Origin: the human T2T-CHM13v2.0 reference genome, Homo sapiens
NCBI RefSeq assembly: GCF_009914755.1
Contig: NC_060947.1
DNA: 64,000 nt
Strand: one strand, 5' to 3'
The position numbers and the translations under genes were made by a program. Shown here in pieces: positions 59,259 through 64,000 of this stretch (position 1 is its first letter; the number at the start of each line of letters is the position of its first letter). The notes below the pieces were generated by a model. The model did no database searches. It was not told the origin of the DNA and was given only the letters and a program-made list of their open reading frames with translations.

Positions 59259-59885
59259 TGTGGGGACCAAGGCCTTTGGCCCCCTGGAGTTTTCCTGAAA
59301 ATCACAGGTTTGAGGCAGGTCAATTAATAGGATAAAAGGCATATACATTTACTTAATGTGTACACAGCAGGCTTCCAAAGGAAGACCCAAAGATACAGGG
59401 GAAATTGTTCATTTTTTTGCTGTGGTTCAGCAAAGTATGGGCAGTGTGTAGAAGTAGGATTGGAGGGAAAGGTCTGACCTCATGCTAACGGACTGAGTGG
59501 GGAAACCCAGCCAGGCCTGTCTATCTAGATGCTTCTTGGCCTCTCTGAGCAGTTTTCCTTCCTTCTGGGCATGGGGCAGGGCCCTCTCTGGAACGGGGGT
59601 CTTATGACCTACAGTCAAACAAAGTAGGTCAGAGGATTTATTTATGGGCAGTTTTTACACAGAAAGGCAGGGGGAAAGTTGGAGTCATATTTTTAGGTTT
59701 GATGCTGGCTTTGGGGATCAGGGGTTTTGGTTCTTACGACCTGCATTGGGGAAGAGGGATTCTAGTTTCTCTGGCGCCTTGGGGTAGAGTGGGACTGAGA
59801 GACAGGAGGGCAGGAGAAAGTCAGAGGAAAACTGCACTGAGGCCGCTGCTGAGGCCCTCGGTTTGGAGTGTCACGATGCCTCCAG
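59259..59885 (-). mobile_element. MER39-like ERV1 solo LTR, 80 bp downstream of the STS exon
   Basis: The reverse complement matches 7051-7520 (gagaggccaagaa.catctaga.agacaggcct...tttccccactcagt). The 5' end is degenerate. Confidence 0.8.
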
Positions 59886-60644
59886 CTGTACTTGTTATCT
59901 CTGTCCGGTCTGGGGCCTTACTGGTGGGTTTGCCAATGTAAAAACCCCTCTGCCAATCTCTTTATCCAGAGGGAAATAAACTCAGAGGCACTGAAGGTTT
60001 TTAGTGACCAGGAATGTGGACGGGTGGTGTTTAATTCAGCCTTGGTCTTTCGGCATCGTGCTGACGCTCTTCTCGTCTGTTCACCCCACCGTAGCTTGCC
60101 ATTGTGCAGCTTGGCCACAACCTCTTTGACCTCCAACTTTGGGATCCCACACCTTTTCCTTTGTCCACACTCAGCAGCCCTTTGCTGTAACAGGGAGAAA
60201 TGCAGCCGGGTCCCCAGCTAAGGCCCCATTTCCCAGCACGTCTTCACTGAGAAGTTCTAAATGAAATGTCTTTCTCTTAAATTTAAATACGACTTCATAT
60301 GACATTGCCAGTGGTTTCTTCCTAAGTGTTATTACCAATCTGAAGAGTTTTAAGTGAAGCACACTGATTAATTGTTTTCATTAGTTTGGTGACAGACCAG
60401 GCGAATGTCACGCAGGCGGCTGCAAATCTTGTTTAAATTCAGCTGTAATGAGAAGGAAGAGGAAAGGGGAAAGGAAAGACAAAAACAGCCACGCTGCCAA
60501 AGCAAGTCCAGAGATGGGTTTCCTCCCCTCCCGCTGTATTCGACCTTGTTTCCTTACTGGTTTCAACTCTGCTTTAGGTATACACCCTTCCTCAACACAC
60601 ACACAGACACACACACCAATGAGAAATGCAGCGTTGACAGTTCA

Positions 60645-60993
60645 ACTATTCTCAAACTTTGAGGTCTCAAAACCCCTTTTCATTCTTCCATGATCGAGGA
60701 CCCCAGTGATCTTTTCCTGATGTGGATTGTATTGAGCGACGCTTATTATATTAGTAATAAAAAATGAAATTTTTTAAGGCACCAAAGTACTCCAAGCTCA
60801 CATTCCATTGGCTAATACATCGATGATGTCATCATTTACCCTGTGGCCACAAGGAATGTCCATTGTACACTCCTAAAAAGGTGATAGTGAGAAAGACAAA
60901 GAGTGCCTTCCTATTGTTATAAAAATAACATTGGCCTCGCAGACCTCCTGAAAGGGTCCCAGAGAGTCTCTGGATCACGCTTTGAGACTAGTG
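60645..60993. mobile_element. hAT-Charlie-like DNA transposon fossil
   Basis: ttctcaaactttgaggtctcaaaacccc...gaggacccc ... ctttgaga, inverted termini. Confidence 0.55.
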
Positions 60994-61057
60994 GGTGCTA
61001 TGGCTAAGAGTGGAGATTCTAGACCTTTCTAGACCTGCACTGGTTGAATTCATATTC

Positions 61058-61364
<307 letters not shown>

Positions 61365-62179
61365 TGAGTTCATATTCTTGTCATCACTGCAGGGTAAGCG
61401 TTGAACTTTCCTGGGCCTTCACTCCTTCTCTGGAAAATAAGTTCAATAATAACACTGACTTTACAGGATCAATAGGAGGATTAAAAACCTCCTTGCCTGT
61501 AATGTTCAGTACAAAGAAGGCATGAATGTTTGCCATTTCTTGTTTTGCCTATCATTTTGAGGTAGTAGTCAGATGTACATTATTAGTACAGTTCTTTCCT
61601 CTTCCACATTTAATATTCATCCGAGGTCATAAAATCATAGAGTATGAGGCCAAAAGGGGAATTGTAAGATCTCCTACTCCAGTCAAACTATTCTTTTTTA
61701 ACACTCTAGTGATGGAAAACATGGCAGCAGTGTCTCAGAAAGTTTTTCCTATATAAAGCCAAAAATCCCATTCTCTATTTCACCTCCTCCTTGGCTGTAG
61801 TTCTTACCTTTGGAATAAAGGTTAATACTTCCTCAAGTAGCTAGAACAGAGTGTTCAGCCAATCTCATTTATTACGTTTGTCTCTCATCACCCATAATGT
61901 TAAAACCATCACTGCTCTTCACTTTCATAATATCTTGGAATGGTTTTCTACCCAGTGGGGGAAAAGCAAGGTAAGGAAAAAGTTCAGAGGCAAAGAGGAA
62001 GATTCATAAAGGGAAATCTTACTGCTTCTACCTTCTAGCCACTCTAGTCTGAGGCTGATGGAGGCCAATCTGTGTTTCTTCTATGTGCTCAATGAAGAAG
62101 ATAACAGCCTCCCTCTTAGAAGACCCAAGGATTTTGTGTGTGGGTTTGTGTCATCAGTAGAACCAACTCTCAATATTGA

Positions 62180-62783
<604 letters not shown>

Positions 62784-62914
62784 TAGAAAACAGAAATGTG
62801 CTTCCAAGTGCCTTATGGGAATAGAATTATCACACAGTACCTTATTTAAAGCATATTGCCAACCAGGTACAGTAATATTCTTATGTATTTGTCCAGAAGA
62901 CTTTGAATATCTAA

Positions 62915-63073
62915 AGTAGTGTTTTCCCCCAGGGGTCACTTATCAATGCCTGGAGACATTTTTTATTGTCTTGGCTCAGGGTGCTACTAAACATCCTGCA
63001 ACACACAGCACAGAGCCCTACTGCAATGATTATCTTACCCATTATGTCAGCGGTGCTGACGTCGAGAAATCCT
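62915..63073. mobile_element. MER20-like hAT fossil
   Basis: ttttcccccagggg.cactt..caatgcctggagacatttt...ctaaacatcct...tgtcagcggtgctga...gagaaa. Confidence 0.75.
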
Positions 63074-63577
63074 ACCCTGAAATTTATTATTGCTCTTTTA
63101 TGGAAAATGTTGTTATAATGGAAAATCCCATCAAAACTTTTCAATAAAAGCATCTAGACAATACCCTCACATCTATATCCATCTATAAATGTGATACACA
63201 GATGTCTGCCCTTTAGAAAATAGTCTTAACTCCTTCCTGCTCAGAGTGGTGCAAATAAGCTTTCTCAGCTCCCTGCTAGAGAGATATTAAATTTGCATTT
63301 CTCAGGAGAAGAAACTCATTCAGACGGTTGGACCCAAGCTGTTTGATGAGCACTTAACAAAGTGCCTTTGCTTCTTTCTGCGTTTTGTTTGAAGAAGATA
63401 ACTTCTGTTCAGCAGACCTCCATTCTTCACGCACTGTCCTGTAATTCTCAGGAAGCATTTTGGATCTAGTGGGAGTCCTTCATGGCCAATCAAAGCATGG
63501 TGGGAGATCAGAAGCCCGTGGATCCAAGGTTTCTACTTAAGCCAAAAGAAAGGTAGTCCGGAGGAACACAGGAAAGA

Positions 63578-63600
63578 TTGTTGTTGTTGTTGTTGTTGTT
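63578..63600. repeat. (TTG)n microsatellite
   Basis: Read directly. Confidence 0.9.
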
Positions 63601-64000
63601 CTGTTTTTGTTTTGCAGCATCTTAACACTGCAGTGAGAATAATTCTCTAATTCAACCCTATGATGTGCTTACGTGAGATTTCTCTCTGGCAGTGAATTTT
63701 TCCTTCATATGCACGTTAGTGATTCATTTTCATTCAGTGGCATGACTTATCAGAAGAAATTTCAGTGTCCATCACCCTGGGCATATTCAGAAAAATTATT
63801 TCCCTCCAGGTCTCCAAATAAGCTGATTTTGGAAATAAATGGAGGACAACCTTTTGTGTTACAAAAGGCAGCAACAAGGACTTACAAAAAAGAAGAATCG
63901 AATATCTAAATGTATTAATTCATTAACATGAAAATTCTTTCTGTGGGTCTCATCTTTGCAAGCAGATACAATATTGCCATAGTATGAGTATGACCATGCC

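Overview
Primate (very likely human) genomic DNA, not prokaryotic. The window lies inside the X-linked steroid sulfatase gene STS (arylsulfatase C, Xp22.31), transcribed on the + strand. It holds three intact internal coding exons: 9690-9826, 38730-38867 and 59020-59179. In the classical 583-aa numbering these are exons 6-8, residues ~R274-R419, including active-site H290, D342, Q343 and K368. They are separated by introns of 28,903 and 20,152 bp. The rest is intronic: about 17 Alus, L1/L2/MIR remnants, many solo LTRs (ERV1 MER4/MER39-like, MaLR THE1/MLT1, ERVL MLT2), DNA-transposon fossils and simple repeats. I found no new gene system. The most interesting unannotated structure is a set of retroposition events that carried extra DNA: a polyadenylated, 5'-inverted retrocopy of an LTR-terminated transcript (~6960-7537), two L1 insertions with 3' transductions inside their TSDs (one apparently carrying a Tigger1 terminus), and an orphan 66-bp L1 ORF2 fragment. 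There is also an ~80-bp minisatellite with a palindromic core and three trimeric Alus. Repeat subfamily names come from my recall of consensus sequences and need RepeatMasker/Dfam confirmation.
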